A stretch of DNA of 62,523 nucleotides, filler included, from Chiloscyllium plagiosum (taxonomy: Eukaryota), in NCBI RefSeq assembly GCF_004010195.1. It is 5 parts of one record of this genome, joined end to end, with 100 filler letters (N's around TTAATTAATTAA, not from the genome) between each part and the next. Parts side by side here need not be neighbours in the genome. Positions count along the whole stretch, not along the records: positions 1 to 22,656 come from NC_057711.1; 4 more parts are not named here. One strand, 5' to 3'. The position numbers were made by a program, and so were the translations under genes. Shown piece by piece: positions 1 through 12,633 of the stretch (its first letter is position 1; the number at the start of each line of letters is the position of its first letter). Below the pieces are notes generated by a model. The model searched no databases. It saw only the letters and a list, made by a program, of their open reading frames with translations, and was not told the DNA's origin.

Positions 1-708
1 GAGCCGGGCCCACGTATTGCGACCCGGTAGGCCCATTCTATCCTTACCTGGCCTGATCCAGCCTCCAGATTTAAAAGCTGTGGCAGCCACTGCTGGAGGA
101 ATGCTGTAAGCTGGCCTTCCTCTTCCCGTTCGGGAAGGCCCAGCAAACGAATATTTTTTCGGCGACCTCGATTATCGAGGTCGTCAATGTAATTCTCTAA
201 GGTCCGGACTCGCTGTTCGAGAGTCCAGACCCGATCCACGGCCGATTGCGCTGTAGTTTCGGAGGTCGGGGCCTTTAGCTTCGCCCCTCCGACTCGGCGC
301 TCGATTTCTTTAATGTCTCGGTCGTGCTTCTGCAGCGCGGCCGAGAGTGAGTCCTATCGATTTCGGGACTCCTCGATAAAGCGTCGATCTTCGTATCCAG
401 CTTGGAGATCATCTCCACAAGGCTTGTTACTGTAGGTAAGTCTCCCGGGGCAGCTGTGGACGCCTCTGCTGCAGCTGGATAGGGTGGGGGAGGGGTTCCT
501 GCTTGCTGAGAGCTGCGGGCTCCCTTCCCTTTGGTCATTTTTGCTAAATATTACACTGTTTAAATGTAATACTAAGCAACTAATTAAATTAAACAGCTAT
601 TATGAATGATTTGGTGAGTGTGATGGGGGTGGGTGACCCACTTTACCCAAGTCTTGGGAAAAGCACTATAGACTCAGACTTGCTGGGTTGCCGCCATCTT
701 GGATCCCC
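1..708 (-). mobile_element. L1 (LINE-1 clade) 5' end: short 5'UTR plus frameshifted ORF1p, running off the window start
   Basis: The minus strand starts GGGGATCCAAGATGGCGG, a G-run plus YY1-type motif typical of L1 5' ends. The ORF1 ATG is at 538. After a frameshift it reads LENYIDDLDNRGRRKNIRLLGLPEREEEGQLTAFLQQWLPQLL...IEWAYRV, the L1 ORF1p coiled-coil/RRM junction motif. Confidence 0.88.
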
Positions 709-907
709 AATAGTTGCATTCTTATGCAACTCTGCATTATCGAAAAATCGTGCTTTAGAAACAGCGCTTAAAGTGTTGATGATGGAATCGCATTACATCC
801 AACACATGTTTTAAGAGTTCGTGCTTTAGAAACAATTTCCCCAATTCATCAATCACATTACAATGAATTCGCATTAACAAAATGCATGTAGTAGTAGAAC
901 AACTTGT
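709..907. mobile_element. Possible degenerate Tc1/mariner(pogo)-type MITE remnant
   Basis: Internally repeated TCGTGCTTTAGAAAC motif and a Tigger-like right end; termini are not clean. Confidence 0.3.
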
Positions 908-1394
908 TGCAATTGGTAGCCTGAAAAATTCCACCTATGATGTTCTTTGTCCATCTTTCATATAAGATGTAAACAAACTTTGGCCTATTAGTTAAATGTA
1001 AAATATCTGATGATACTACAGAAGCAAAGAGGAGTTCTCTCCAGTACAATGAACAAGGTTTATCATGTAACTAAAAAATATGCAATGAGTTGGAAAATCG
1101 GGGATGCGCTGAGTTTGCAAACTATGTGATATAACTTCAAGTTCTGTCTTTCTTTCTCTCTTCCAGCAAACATACTTGAGTACACTATACATGTGTTTGT
1201 TAGCATCCTCTTATGCTGGAAATCTTCTCAGAAATACTGCTCTGTTGTCATAAATCTGAGAACTTTCAAGTTTTCACTGAAGCCCCATCAAACTTGAGGC
1301 TGCAGAATGGGATCAGGCCTGAGAAATATGTGATGTGAAGTAGCCCCCAAAACAGAGAGATGAGTATGGAAACTCAACAAAAGTTATGAATAGG

Positions 1395-1476
1395 GCTGAA
1401 AATGTGTTGCTGGAAAAGCGCAGTAGGTCAGGCAGCATCCAAGGAGCAGGAGAATCGACATTTCGGGCATGAGCCC
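1395..1476 (-). mobile_element. Penelope-like terminal repeat fragment (family B), truncated within hammerhead stem II
   Basis: GCTGAAAATGTGTTGCTGGAAAAGCGCAG..GGTCAGGCAGCATCCAAGGAGCAGGAGAATCGACATTTCGGGCATGAGCCC is shared with the copies at about 4013, 26074, 26730 and 44778. Confidence 0.75.
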
Positions 1477-4012
1477 AAAAATTATGAATAATATAGTTCT
1501 ATGGTATATTTTTTAAAAAGGTTTAGAATTCCCTATATTTCATAGTAAACATTTGGTATTGATTATTTTGTCCTCCCTCACACTCTTAAAAGCAAATTAT
1601 CTTTCTAACTAAACTAAAAGATAATAACTGCATAACAATTTGCTTTGTAATCAATGTCAATATGCACTATTATGTGCCATTTTACACTGACAGGTATTGA
1701 AGACCCTTTACTTTTCAGTCTAATTACTAACTGGATCAGTATCTGTTGTACATTAGAATCAGCTCTTTGAAATCCTTCATTAATGATCAATGAGTAAGAA
1801 ATAATCTTTTCTTTTGTTGGAAGAATAAGAATATATTGTTTCTTGCAAAGAGATAGTGAACATGCCTCAAAATTCAGGAAGTATAATCTATGTACACAGA
1901 CAGTAAAATCCCAAATTGTATCCTGGTCTGCACTATGTTACCTTAACTCGTCAGGAAGACAGCATAGGAGTGTGAAGAGGCTTTCGGAATCTTACTTACA
2001 GAAGGTGCTGAATATGTGTTTAAAAGGGATAATACTGGAGAGGCCCAAAGCTGCTGAGGAGCTCAAAGGAATGAAACATAACATCTAGTCCTCCTCAAAG
2101 TTTCTGTAATAATCTCCAACGTATCGACATAAGTGTGACTAGTTCCTAGCACGCAATGAACCATATTTCGTTAACTACATCGACTTTTCTAGTTGGACCA
2201 GGAAGTAGTTTCCCACTACCACATTAAACAAAGTAGGTTCTGTAATTTCCTACACTTAACAAAGATGGTGGCAGCAACCTTCATCACAAGCAACAGCTCA
2301 TACAGCCTTGTGAGCTGACTTGTCTGTAGAACAGTGGCACATTGGGGAGAGGTCTGTTTTGATATTCTTTAGTCAGACTACTTCCCTTGTACTCTGGTTA
2401 TAATCATCAAAAAACCTATTTTCTTCTAATACCATACTAATGTCATAGTCTGGGATGTTAATGTTAACAATGTAATGCATCTGTCCATTAAAACTGCCCT
2501 TGACTCTCGATTCAATTTTTGATGTCACTAACATTTAATTTCATTGTGTCTCTCTTAATATGCCTGACTGCCATATTTTACATCTATCTGATGTACTGGT
2601 TGAGGCTATGTCCTCTTGTAAGCCTAATGGAGTTATCATAAGCTCTAATTAAAAGGTTCCTGCGTATAATCAGTGTAGGAAAGAAAATTTGATGAGAAAT
2701 AAGAATGAACTAGTGGATGTTACCAAGTCACCAACTATTTCTCATCTCTCACAATTTTGATTTTCAAACTTATTGAAACTGTTTTGGATGAGATTATAAG
2801 AGATAGAAATATTGTTCAGAACATTGTGATGAATTGCAACACTTCATAAATCAGTGTTATATAGGTATAGGTGTTTTTTGAAGTCCCTTAAATCTTTAGT
2901 TCTAAGATACTGAGGTAATTTTAACCTGGAGAATCTCAAGAAAGCAGTAATAATACTCAAACTTGGTCTGAGATACTACTTGAAAGTTTTATTTCATATA
3001 GCAAATTATTAGTAGATTTAGGCCTATGATGTGGTCAAAGTGTGGTTATTTGGAGTTATGGTTTGTTCAGTCTATTTCTTCTGCATGTTTTCCTTATAAA
3101 ATGTTCAGTTTGTGGCTATGCAAGCTGCTGATCATGAACAGAAAAAAATAGAGGTTGGAGGTTTTGGTTCCTCTTCCTCTTTTAACTGTTCATTATTAAC
3201 ATTTTAGGATACCGAGTATATAGAAGAACTAACAAAACAATTTCAGAACCGTTACAATGTTAAATATGTTAATCTAACAACTAGGTGATTTATCATATTA
3301 TTGGTTTATGTAACAGTAGTTGTTTTTTTCATAGCACTGCTAGTGTATAACACATTTCTAGATGCTTCACAAAAGCGAGTTTTTATTAACAGCAAAAGAA
3401 AGTTTAGTAAAAATGAATGATTGCAAAGATATCCTTTTCCATAGGACCTTAAAGGCAGGGTCAGTAATAAAATATTGAAGGTTAAAAACCAAAGTCAAAC
3501 TCAAAGTCAAAGGATCAGCCATAAATGATGGAGCAGAGAGAAGGAATGTGTAAACGCTGATATAAATTGAAGACTTGATGTAAATAATTATATTACTTAC
3601 TGTCATCAATAATAAATTGACTTCTGACTGAAGCTTTGTTGTGAGCAACATTCATCACTAAAAATAAGACTAATATCTAGAAGAAGAATGGGTGACAATG
3701 AATCTACCCATTGGCATCTTAGATGTTTCCGAAGGACATAGCAACTACAGGTACCATCCACCAGAAACTATAATGATGTTATAACAGTTACAATAGTCTC
3801 CAACTGTTCTTCAATGCCTCTTGGTCATTCAGGCTGACTGTCAAAGCAAGTATGAAGCAGTTCAATTGGTCCTGGTACACTGCTCTGAGGAATGCTCCTA
3901 AAGCACTATCCTGGAGTAAGATGATTGACCTCCAACAATCACAGCGGTCTACCTTTACACGAGGCATGACATCAGCAAATGTAAAGTTTCCCCTATTTTC
4001 CATTGACTTCAA

Positions 4013-4870
4013 GATTAGAGTGGTGCTGGAAAAGCGCAGCAGGTCAGGCAGCATCTGAGGAGCAGGTAAATTGACATTTCTGGCAAAGGCCCTTTATCAG
4101 GAATGAGGCAGGGAGCCTCTGGGGTGGAGAGATAAATGGGAGGGTATGGGGCTGGGGCAAAGGTAGCTAAGAGTCAGAAAGGAGGGTGGAGTGGATAGGT
4201 GGGAAGGAAGATTGGCAGGTAGGTCAGGTCATGAGGATGATGCTGTGCTGGCAGGTTGGAACTGGGGTAAAGTGGGGGGGAGGGGAAATGAGGAAACTGG
4301 TGAAGTCCACATTGATGCTCTGGGGTTGAAGTGTTCCGAGGCGGAAGATAAGGTGTTCTTCCTCCAAGCATCCGGTGGTGAGGAAGTGGCAGTGGAGGAG
4401 GCCCAGGACCTGCCTGTCCTCAGCAGAGTGGGAGGGCGTTTTGAAATGTTCGGCCACAGGGCAGTAGGGTTGATTGTTGCGGGTGTCCCAGAGATGTGCC
4501 CTAAAGCGCTCTGCGAGAAGGCGTCCAGTCTCCCCAATGTAAAGGAGTCCCATCAGGAGCAATGGATACAATAAGTGACATTTGTGGATGTGCAGGTGAA
4601 ACTTTGATAGATGTGGAAGGCTCATTTGGGGCCTTGGATGGATGTGAGGGAGGAGGTGTGGGTGCAGGTATGGCAATTCCTGTGATGGCAGGGGAAGGTG
4701 CCAGGAGGGGAGGGTGGCTTGTTGGGGGGGAGGGGCGCGTGGACCTGACCAGGTAGTCATGGAGGGAACGGTCTTTGCAGTAATTGGATAGGGGTGGGGA
4801 GGGAAATATATCCCTGGTGGTGGGGTCTATTTGGACGTGGCGGAAAGGTTGGTGGATGATGCAGTTTATG
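4013..4870 (-). mobile_element. Penelope-like element 3' part (GIY-YIG endonuclease, decayed) plus family-B terminal repeat
   Basis: ORF 4224..4760 reads LLYIGETGRLLAERFRAHL...PVAEHF..PSHS...EEHLIFRLGTLQPQSINVDF, a PLE GIY-YIG C-terminus. A degenerate hammerhead lies at 4069-4104. Confidence 0.85.
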
Positions 4871-5456
4871 CGGTATAAAGGTTTAAGAAGTTTTGCAAAA
4901 ATTCCAGAGAACTTTAAACTTCCAACAAAAAGCCAACAGGTAAAACATAAAATCCAGCAATCGATTGGAAGACACCAGCTCAATATATTATTGCTTCAAG
5001 AAATGTGCTGTTTTCAGGGCTAGATATGCTAATGAGTCAAGGAGGACATGCTGAAACCATGTGTCCAACTGCCAAGTGCAATTCCAGAAGCTTGTATGAC
5101 AATACTATGGCTTTTAAAGGTGTATTTTGACATTTTTTTAAGAGGTGTTTTAGGACAGAGGTAGCAAGCTGTCTATTTGAATCCAATAAAGTAAACAGCT
5201 TGTGAGGCCTTGGTGTTTTTTTTAAATTGGAATAATAGAAACAGCCTGAATGGGTGAGATCAAGCCAAGACTTTTAGTTTTAGTTTCAGTTTTTCAGTAG
5301 CAGTCGTTGCAGTCTTGAAGCTGGGTTTGGAAGCTGCAGTACATTTCTCCCTGTTACTCTCACTCTCTCAGGGTTTTCTCTTGATAATTTTCCTGAAGAA
5401 TTGCCTGTGAGACAATGTATTTTACTGAATTTGCCTTTGCCAAGGGTGTGTTTATG

Positions 5457-5730
5457 CATAGAACATAGAAAAATACAGCGCAGTACACGCCCTTTGGCCC
5501 TCGATGTTGCGCCAATCCAAGCCCACCTAACCTACACTAGCCCACTATCCTCCATATGCCTATCTAATGCCCGTTTAAATGCCCATAAAGAGGGAGAGTC
5601 CACCACTGCTACTGGCAGGGCATTCCATGAACTCATGACTCGCTGAGTAAAGAATCTACCCCTAACATCTGTCCTATACCTACCACCCCTTAATTTAAAG
5701 CTATGCCCCCTCGTAGTAGCTGACTCCATA
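5457..5730 (-). mobile_element. CR1/HER1 LINE 3' end inserted in the Gypsy LTR region
   Basis: TRGHSFKLRGGRYRTDVRGRFFTQRV..WNALP is the CR1 ORF2 C-terminus, followed by the (TTCTATG)-type tail. Near-identical to 22370-22656. Confidence 0.9.
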
Positions 5731-5840
5731 CTATATTGGAACTATATTACTGGAACTATATGTTACTATATGTTACTATATGATCTATATGTTACTATAT
5801 TGGAACAGTTACTATTCTGTAGTTGGATAACAGCCTCTGC

Positions 5841-5931
5841 TAGGAATTATTCTTTTTAAACAAAAGACAAAAATTAACAAAAACTGCAAAGAATTTAATT
5901 TTTGCCTTTTGTTTAAAAAGAATAATTCCTA
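5841..5931. repeat. 37-bp inverted repeat (1 mismatch) with 17-nt spacer
   Basis: TAGGAATTATTCTTTTTAAACAAAAGACAAAAATTAA (5841-5877) versus its reverse complement at 5895-5931. Confidence 0.9.
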
Positions 5932-8894
5932 ATGGAATTCCAAAGGCTGGATTATAACAATAACTATTTAATATGCCTTTTGGTTCAGTTGCAATTTACA
6001 GTTGAGTAACTGTGGGGGGGAAATAATAGTAAGAGGACTATCTAAAATTCTGGATTCCTCAGACTTAAAAACTGCATTATGATGTTCATGCAATGTGCGA
6101 ACTCTCAAGCTGACAAAATGGCAGAGGTAGACATTAAGTGTAGGAGTAATGAAGAGCAATCCATCGTAGCCAAAGGCCTTTCTGGGATCTGTTTAAATAT
6201 GACCAGGTGTTTGCCTAGGATTGGTAAGAAGGATGTAGAAGCCTTTTTCATTTCATTTGAGAAAGTAGCTAAACAAATGAAATGACCAATGACCATGTGT
6301 GTATTGTTGATCCAAACGAAGTTGATAAGTCGAGCTAGTGAGGTATTTGCATCATTGTTAGATGAGGTATCCAGGGAGTATAATGAGGTGATAAAAGCAT
6401 CTTAAGTGCATTTAAGCTAGTATCAAAACCCTACAGACAATATTTAGAAATGCAAAGAGGGAACCTGGCCAAATGTACACAGAGTCTGAAATGATTAAAC
6501 AAAGTCATTTTTTTTGTAGATAAGGTCATTGAAAATAGGTCAAACATATGATGCTCTGACAGAGACAATTATTCACTTCCTGAAGTAATGACAATTCATG
6601 TAGAAGAGCAGACAAAAAACTGCAAGATTGACAGAAGTGGCAGATCATTCTGAGTTCAGAAATCAAACTTTGGCTTCCAACATCAATATCAATCTGTGAG
6701 AGATAGAAATTGGTCGAAAAAGAAAGCTCAGGTGGTAAGGGAAAGGGAGATCTCATTGAAGAATACAAACATTGTTTACCACAGGGTAAAAAAGGGATAA
6801 AGAGAAGTAAAAGAAGCTCAGTTGTTTTTACTATAATAAATTAGACAACAGGAGTTGTTGGTGGTTTAGAAAAAGCACTGGGAAGAATAATGTGTGAATA
6901 CAGGATAAGCCGGTGAGTTTTATTGCAGTGGTAAAGGAAAGAACAGTGGAAGCTAAAATGCTGAACAAAAATGTACAACCTGATCAGGATTGGTTGAGAA
7001 ACAAATGCTGGATCTCTTTCAACTATTTACTTTCATGGGTAAAGTTTACTCATATATCCCAGGAGCAGCAGGTGAAGAAATTAAAAATTTTAGAAATACA
7101 GGAATAACTCAATCTTTGATGGTGTAAGATGAGGAAACGTGTAATTCTAAAGCAGTATTGCCAGAAAAGGTGGTAATATGTGGAATTCATTGTGAGAAGA
7201 GCAGTGCTCCTCTATATAAAGTGAGGTTGTGGAGTGTCTGGTGAAAAGTAGTGAAGTGGTGGTAGGAGTAATAGAGAAATCCTCGGTTCTTGGTAATAAT
7301 ATAGCTGGATCACAGGTGGGTGTGATGTCTACTGTAGTTGAAAAGGCAATGGAAACTCAAGCAACTGAGGTGCTATGGGAAGTATGTCCTTGGACCTTTC
7401 CTGACTGTTTGGGAACAATTTCACAAAGCCACAGGTTGGAGTGGAAATCGAGGTGTAAAGATAAGGAAGTTGAAGTACAATTATCATAGACTATATTTGA
7501 TTAAATGGCTGAGAAAAAAAACAAGAGCTTGTGGAGGAAAAAGTGAACATTTTTCGTTCAGACAAATTAACTGAATTACAATGGAAAGATGAAAACCTAA
7601 AGCTCATACACAGAAGAGGAATCTAAGTGTATCCCAGAATGTTACTATCTTAAAAATAGCATCTCAATGAGGAAATTGAGACCATTTTATTCGGATAGAC
7701 GAGAAATGGGCAGAAGTTTGTCAAGTTGTATTCCCAGTGAGTCAGAGCACATTGCGGGTAGCACATAAATTGCCAGTAGATGGTCATTTGGGAGTAAGAA
7801 CATCTCAAGATAGAATTTAAAAAAAAACATTTTGTTGGCTTGGACTTCATAAGGATATGGTTGAATTTTGCCAGATACGTCATACGTGTCAGGTAATTGG
7901 AAAACCTCAGGCAGTGATAAAACCAAAACCCTTAACACCCATTCCCACATTTCAAGAACCTTTTACAGGAGTCTCAATTGATTGCACACCTAAAACAAAG
8001 AGTGGGAATTAGTACTTATTGACCAGAATGAATGTGTCTGCTAGATTTCTAGAGGCCATTCCATGGTACATGTTATGGCTAAAAGGATTGCAGAAGAATC
8101 ACTCAAACATTTTTATGAGATACAGACGGCCCACAGAGGTACAATTGGATCAAGTATCAAATTTTACATTAAAATTATTCAAGGAAGTTATGAATCGCTT
8201 AGGAATAAAACAATTCAAATCCATTGTGTATCATGAGGAATCACAGGGAGCATTAGAATGGTGGCATTAAACTTTAAAGCCCATGTTGAGGGCTTATAGT
8301 CAACACTATCCACAGAATTAAGACAAAGGAATTCCATTTGTAGATTTTGGGCTGCACTTAATAAATCAATTAAATTCAGTCCATTTGAATTAATTTTTGC
8401 AAATGAATTGACAGGACAATTAAAATTAATTAAGGAGAAGTTAGTGAGTTAAAGCTCTGAGATTACACACTTTGACTATGTGTCAAATTTTAGGGAAAGA
8501 TTAAACAGAGCAGGTGAGTTGGCTGGATCCCATTTGAAAATAGCACAGCATGTGATGAAACAGGAAGCAGGCAAGAAGTCAAAAAATTGCAATTTTGCTG
8601 ATGGAGATGAAGTGCTAGCATGAAGTGGTAAGTGAACATTGAAAGACAAGGTTTAGTAGGCCTTATCAAATCAAGAGAAAATTGAGTGAGGTGAACTGTT
8701 TAATAAGCAAGCCAGATAGAAAGAAATCTCACAGAATATGTCATGTGAATAAGTTCAAACGGTATTTTGACAGAGAAGGAAAGCAAAAGGAAAATGGTTA
8801 TTGGTTACAGACGGAAGAACCAAGTTCAGATGATTCTGAATTGGACATTCCTCAAATTAAATTGAACAATGGGGAAGTTATCAAAAATTTGGAT

Positions 8895-9130
8895 GTGCAG
8901 TTGCTGGTGTTGGACTGGGGTGGACAAAGTTAAAAATCACACAACATCAGGTTATAGTCCAACAGGTTTATTTGGAAGTACAAGCTTTCAAAGTGCTGCT
9001 CCTTCATCAGGTAGCTAGTGGGCATGATCACAGAACACAGAATTTATAGTAAAAGATCAAAGTATCATACAACTGATGTAATGTATTTGTCAATCCTAGA
9101 TTGCTGTTAAGTCTTTAATCACTTAGATAC
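8895..9130 (-). mobile_element. Penelope-like terminal repeat (family A) inserted in the Gypsy element
   Basis: Homologous to 22900-23103 and 33876-34030. Flanked by the 11-bp direct repeat AAAATTTGGAT (8884-8894 / 9131-9141). Confidence 0.8.
8979..9013 (-). ncRNA. Minimal type-I hammerhead ribozyme motif (family A, partly degenerate stem II)
   Basis: Minus strand: UAC-CUGAUGA-A-GGAGC-AGC-ACUUU-GAAA-GC-UU-GUA. Confidence 0.65.
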
Positions 9131-12103
9131 AAAATTTGGATACATTACTGAGTTACCTTGCAGAGGAAAATTGAAATGGCCTGCAAGTTTTTACAATCAC
9201 ATGGGGACAGATGTGAGAATAAGCTGGGAAGTACTAATACAATTAAACATGATGTAGGAAATGCTGTTCCAAATAAGCAGCATACTTATAGACATAACCT
9301 TCCAAAGTTGGCATAGGTTTAATAAGAGATTGAATGCATGCTGGAAGACAACGTAATTAAAGTGAGTTGCAGTGACTGGAGCTTGAATTTTGCCAGATAT
9401 GTCATATACATGTCAGGTAATTTGAAAGCTTAAGAGTGTTAGTTTTATCACTGCCTGAACACCCTTTCCCATATTTCAGGAACCTTTTACAAGAGTTTCA
9501 ATTGATTGCACACCTAAAACAAAGATTGGGAATTAGTATTTATTGACCAGAATGAATGGGTCTACTAGATTTCTAGAGGAATGGCACATGTCACGGCTAA
9601 AAGGATTGTAGAAGAATTACTCAATTTTTTAGGAGATTGAATACATGCTCGAAGACAATATAATTATGACGGGAGCTCACCCATAGTAATGGTGCCAAAA
9701 CTAGATGATTATGCAATAATTATGTGTAGACTATAAAAAGTCAATTTTCCAAAATCTGATTCATATCCTCTTCCACATTTGGAAAATCATAGAGAAGGTA
9801 GGGCAAGCAATTTATATTTCTAAGTTGGACTTACTCAAAGGATACTGGCAGGTAACTTTATCCAGAAGAGTGAAGGATGTTTTAGTTTTCATGACATTGA
9901 ATGGACTGTTCCAGTTTAAAGTCATGCCGTTTGGTATGAAAAATACACCAGCCATATTAACCAATAAAGTCATTTTGGGATTGCCTAATTTTATGGTGTA
10001 CATCGACAATCTGGTGATTTTTATCACACGTGGAAGGAACATTTGAAACATCAGAATTATTTGATCAACTTCGGGAGACGGGTTTGGCAATAAACTTGGC
10101 TGAGTGTGAATTCGCAAAAGCCAAAGTCATGTTCCTGAGTCATGTTAATGGACATGGACAAATGACTCCACGGGTAGTGAAAACAAAAGGTTACTGGGGA
10201 GCTTCCCATACTATCAACAAAGAGGGAAGTACTACAATTCCTGACATTGAGTGATTTTTGTTGGAAGTTCATTCTGAATTTTAGCAGTAGTACCATACCA
10301 AGTAACATCCAGACAGAATGCTCTTGATGGCGCACCTATAAAAGTTGGCAAGGATATTCGCCATCATGCTAAATTTCCTCAGCTGCCTGAGGAAGAAGAG
10401 ACATTGTTGGACCTTTGTAACCAGTGCGTCCACATGAAGAGTCCAAGAAAGCTTGTTGTTGATGACCACTCCCAGGATTTGTTCCACCTCTGTGCTGTTA
10501 ATGTGTAGGGGGGACATGAGGAACATCCCACTGAAAGTCAAAGTTTTGCCAGCATTGAGAGTTAGGTTGTTCTCAGTGCACCATTTTTCCAGGTCTTCTA
10601 CTTCCTGTCAGTTGTCTGTTTTGTCACTATCTGAGATTCAACCAGCTATGGTGGTGTCATCAGTGAACTTGTAAATGGCATTAGTCTGGTATTTGGCGAC
10701 GCAGTAATGGATATACAGTGAATATAGTTTGGGGCTGAATACACACTCCTTGGGGGCTCCAGTGTTGAGTGTTAGTGAGGATTAAATATTGTCCCCAATC
10801 TTCACTGATTGTGGCCTGTCGGTCAGGAAACTGAGGATCCAGTTGCAGAGAGTGGGGTTAAGTCTGAGATCACTAAGTTTAGCAATCAGTCTCGCAGGGA
10901 TAATAGTGCTGAAGACTGAACTGTAGTCAATGAGTAGGATTCTTATATAATTGTTCTTCTGTCAAGATGTTCTAGGGAGGAGTGATGGGCAAGTGATATC
11001 GCATCTGACGTGGATCTGTTGGTCCGATAGGCAAACTGGAGTGGGTCATGGGTAGTGGGGAGGCTGGAGTTGATTAATGCCATGACCAGCTTTTCAAAGC
11101 ACTTCATGACCACCGAAGGTAGGGCCACTGGGCAGTAGTCATTGAGACATGCTGCAAGAGCCTTCTTAGGTACAGGGATGATGCTGGCCCTCTTGAAACA
11201 GGCAGGGATGGTGGCCTGTTGCAGGGAGGGGTTGAAGATGTCCGAGAAGACCTCTGCCAGTTGATCTGCACATGCTCTGAGTGCACGGCCTGGTACTCCG
11301 TCTGGTCCCATCACTTTCCTTGGATTCACATGAAGGAAAACTGATCTGGCCTCTGATACAGTGACTGTTGGGATAGGTTCGGCAGGACTTGTCAAAATAG
11401 GTGTTACCTCTCCACCGAAATTCTGCTCAAAGTGAGCATAGAAGGCGTTGAGACCATCTGGGATGGGAGGGATGTATCATCATCTGCTATCTTGAACAGT
11501 TTCTTTTTAGAACTTGTGATGTCACTCAGTCCTTGCCATAGTCACCGGGTGTCTGTCTGGGTCTCTAGTTTGGATCGGAATTGGTCCTTGGCTGTCGTAA
11601 TTGCTCTGCGAATGTCATACTTGGACTTCTTATATTTGAGAGGGTCTCCTGATCTGAAGGCCTCACACCTGGTTTTTAGCAGGTTCTGTACGTCCTGATT
11701 CATCCAGGGTTTCCTGTTGGGGAACACCCAAATTGACTTCCTTGGTATGCAGTCCTCCACACACGTGCTGGTAAAGTCTGTGATGGGGTGGTGGCATACT
11801 CGTCCAAGGTACCTGCAGACTGTTTGAACATGATCCAATCAGCCGATTCCAGACAGCACTGGAGCTGATCCTCTGCCTCCTCCGACCAGCACTGGACCTG
11901 TACCCGCGAGGGGGTCTCCTGCTTTAGCTTTTGCCTGTAAGCCAGGAGAAGAAATACGGCATTGTGGTCGGATTTCCCGAAATGAGGGCAGGGGATGGAG
12001 CCGTTGGCATCTTTCACAGTGGTGTAGCAGTAGTCCAAAATTTTCGGGCCCTCGTAGAACAGGAAATGTTGTGGTTCTGTTCGCCGAGCTGGAAGTTTTT
12101 GTT

Positions 12104-12143
12104 GCAAACGTTTCGTCCCCTGGCTAGGCGACATCATCAGTGC
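12104..12143 (-). ncRNA. Minimal type-I hammerhead ribozyme (family C)
   Basis: GCA-CUGAUGA-U-GUCGCCU-AGCC-AGGGGAC-GAAA-CG-UU-UGC: full core, with stem I GCA/UGC. Confidence 0.85.
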
Positions 12144-12593
12144 TTGGGAGCCTCCTGCGAAGCGCTTCTTTGATGTTTCCTCCGGTGTTTATAGTGGTCT
12201 GTCCCTGTCGCTTCCGGTTGTCAGTTTCAGCTGTCCGTTGTAGTGGTTGGTATATTGGGTCCAGGTCGATGTGTTTGTTGATGGAGTTTGTGGATGAATG
12301 CCATGCCTCTAGGAATTCCCTGGCTGTTCTCTGTCTGGCTTGCCCTATGATAGTAGTGTTGTCCCAGTCGAATTCATGTTGCTTGTTGTCTGCGTGTGTG
12401 GCTACTAAGGATAGCTGGTCGTGTCGTTTCGTGGCTAGTTGATGTTCATGTATGCGGATTGTTAGCTGTCTTCCTGTTTGTCCTATATAGTGTTTTGTGC
12501 AGTCCTTGCATGGTATTTTGTACACTACATTAATTTTGCTCGGAGGAAACACGGGAGGAAACATCAAAGAAGCGCTTCGCAGGAGGCTCCCAA

Positions 12594-12633
12594 GCACTGA
12601 TGATGTCGCCTAGCCAGGGGACGAAACGTTTGC
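12594..12633 (+). ncRNA. Minimal type-I hammerhead ribozyme (family C), identical inverted copy
   Basis: GCACTGATGATGTCGCCTAGCCAGGGGACGAAACGTTTGC. Confidence 0.85.

Larger units (their letters stand above)
5095..10280 (+). mobile_element. Decayed Gmr1-type Ty3/Gypsy LTR retrotransposon (LTR-gag-PR-IN-RT)
   Basis: LTR-like start resembles the solo LTR at 42667-43107. Then gag (DVEAFFISFEKVAKQMK, ~6230), a protease-like region (~7090), the integrase Zn finger and core (~7750-8270, LDQVSNFT...YHEESQGALE), and RT (DLLKGYWQV...FQFKVMPFGMKN...VYIDN, 9825-10046). Many stops and frameshifts. Confidence 0.85.

Noticed and set aside
5731..5815. CRISPR-like repeat array
   Set aside because: It is a degenerate ~10-bp minisatellite without unique spacers, in eukaryotic DNA.
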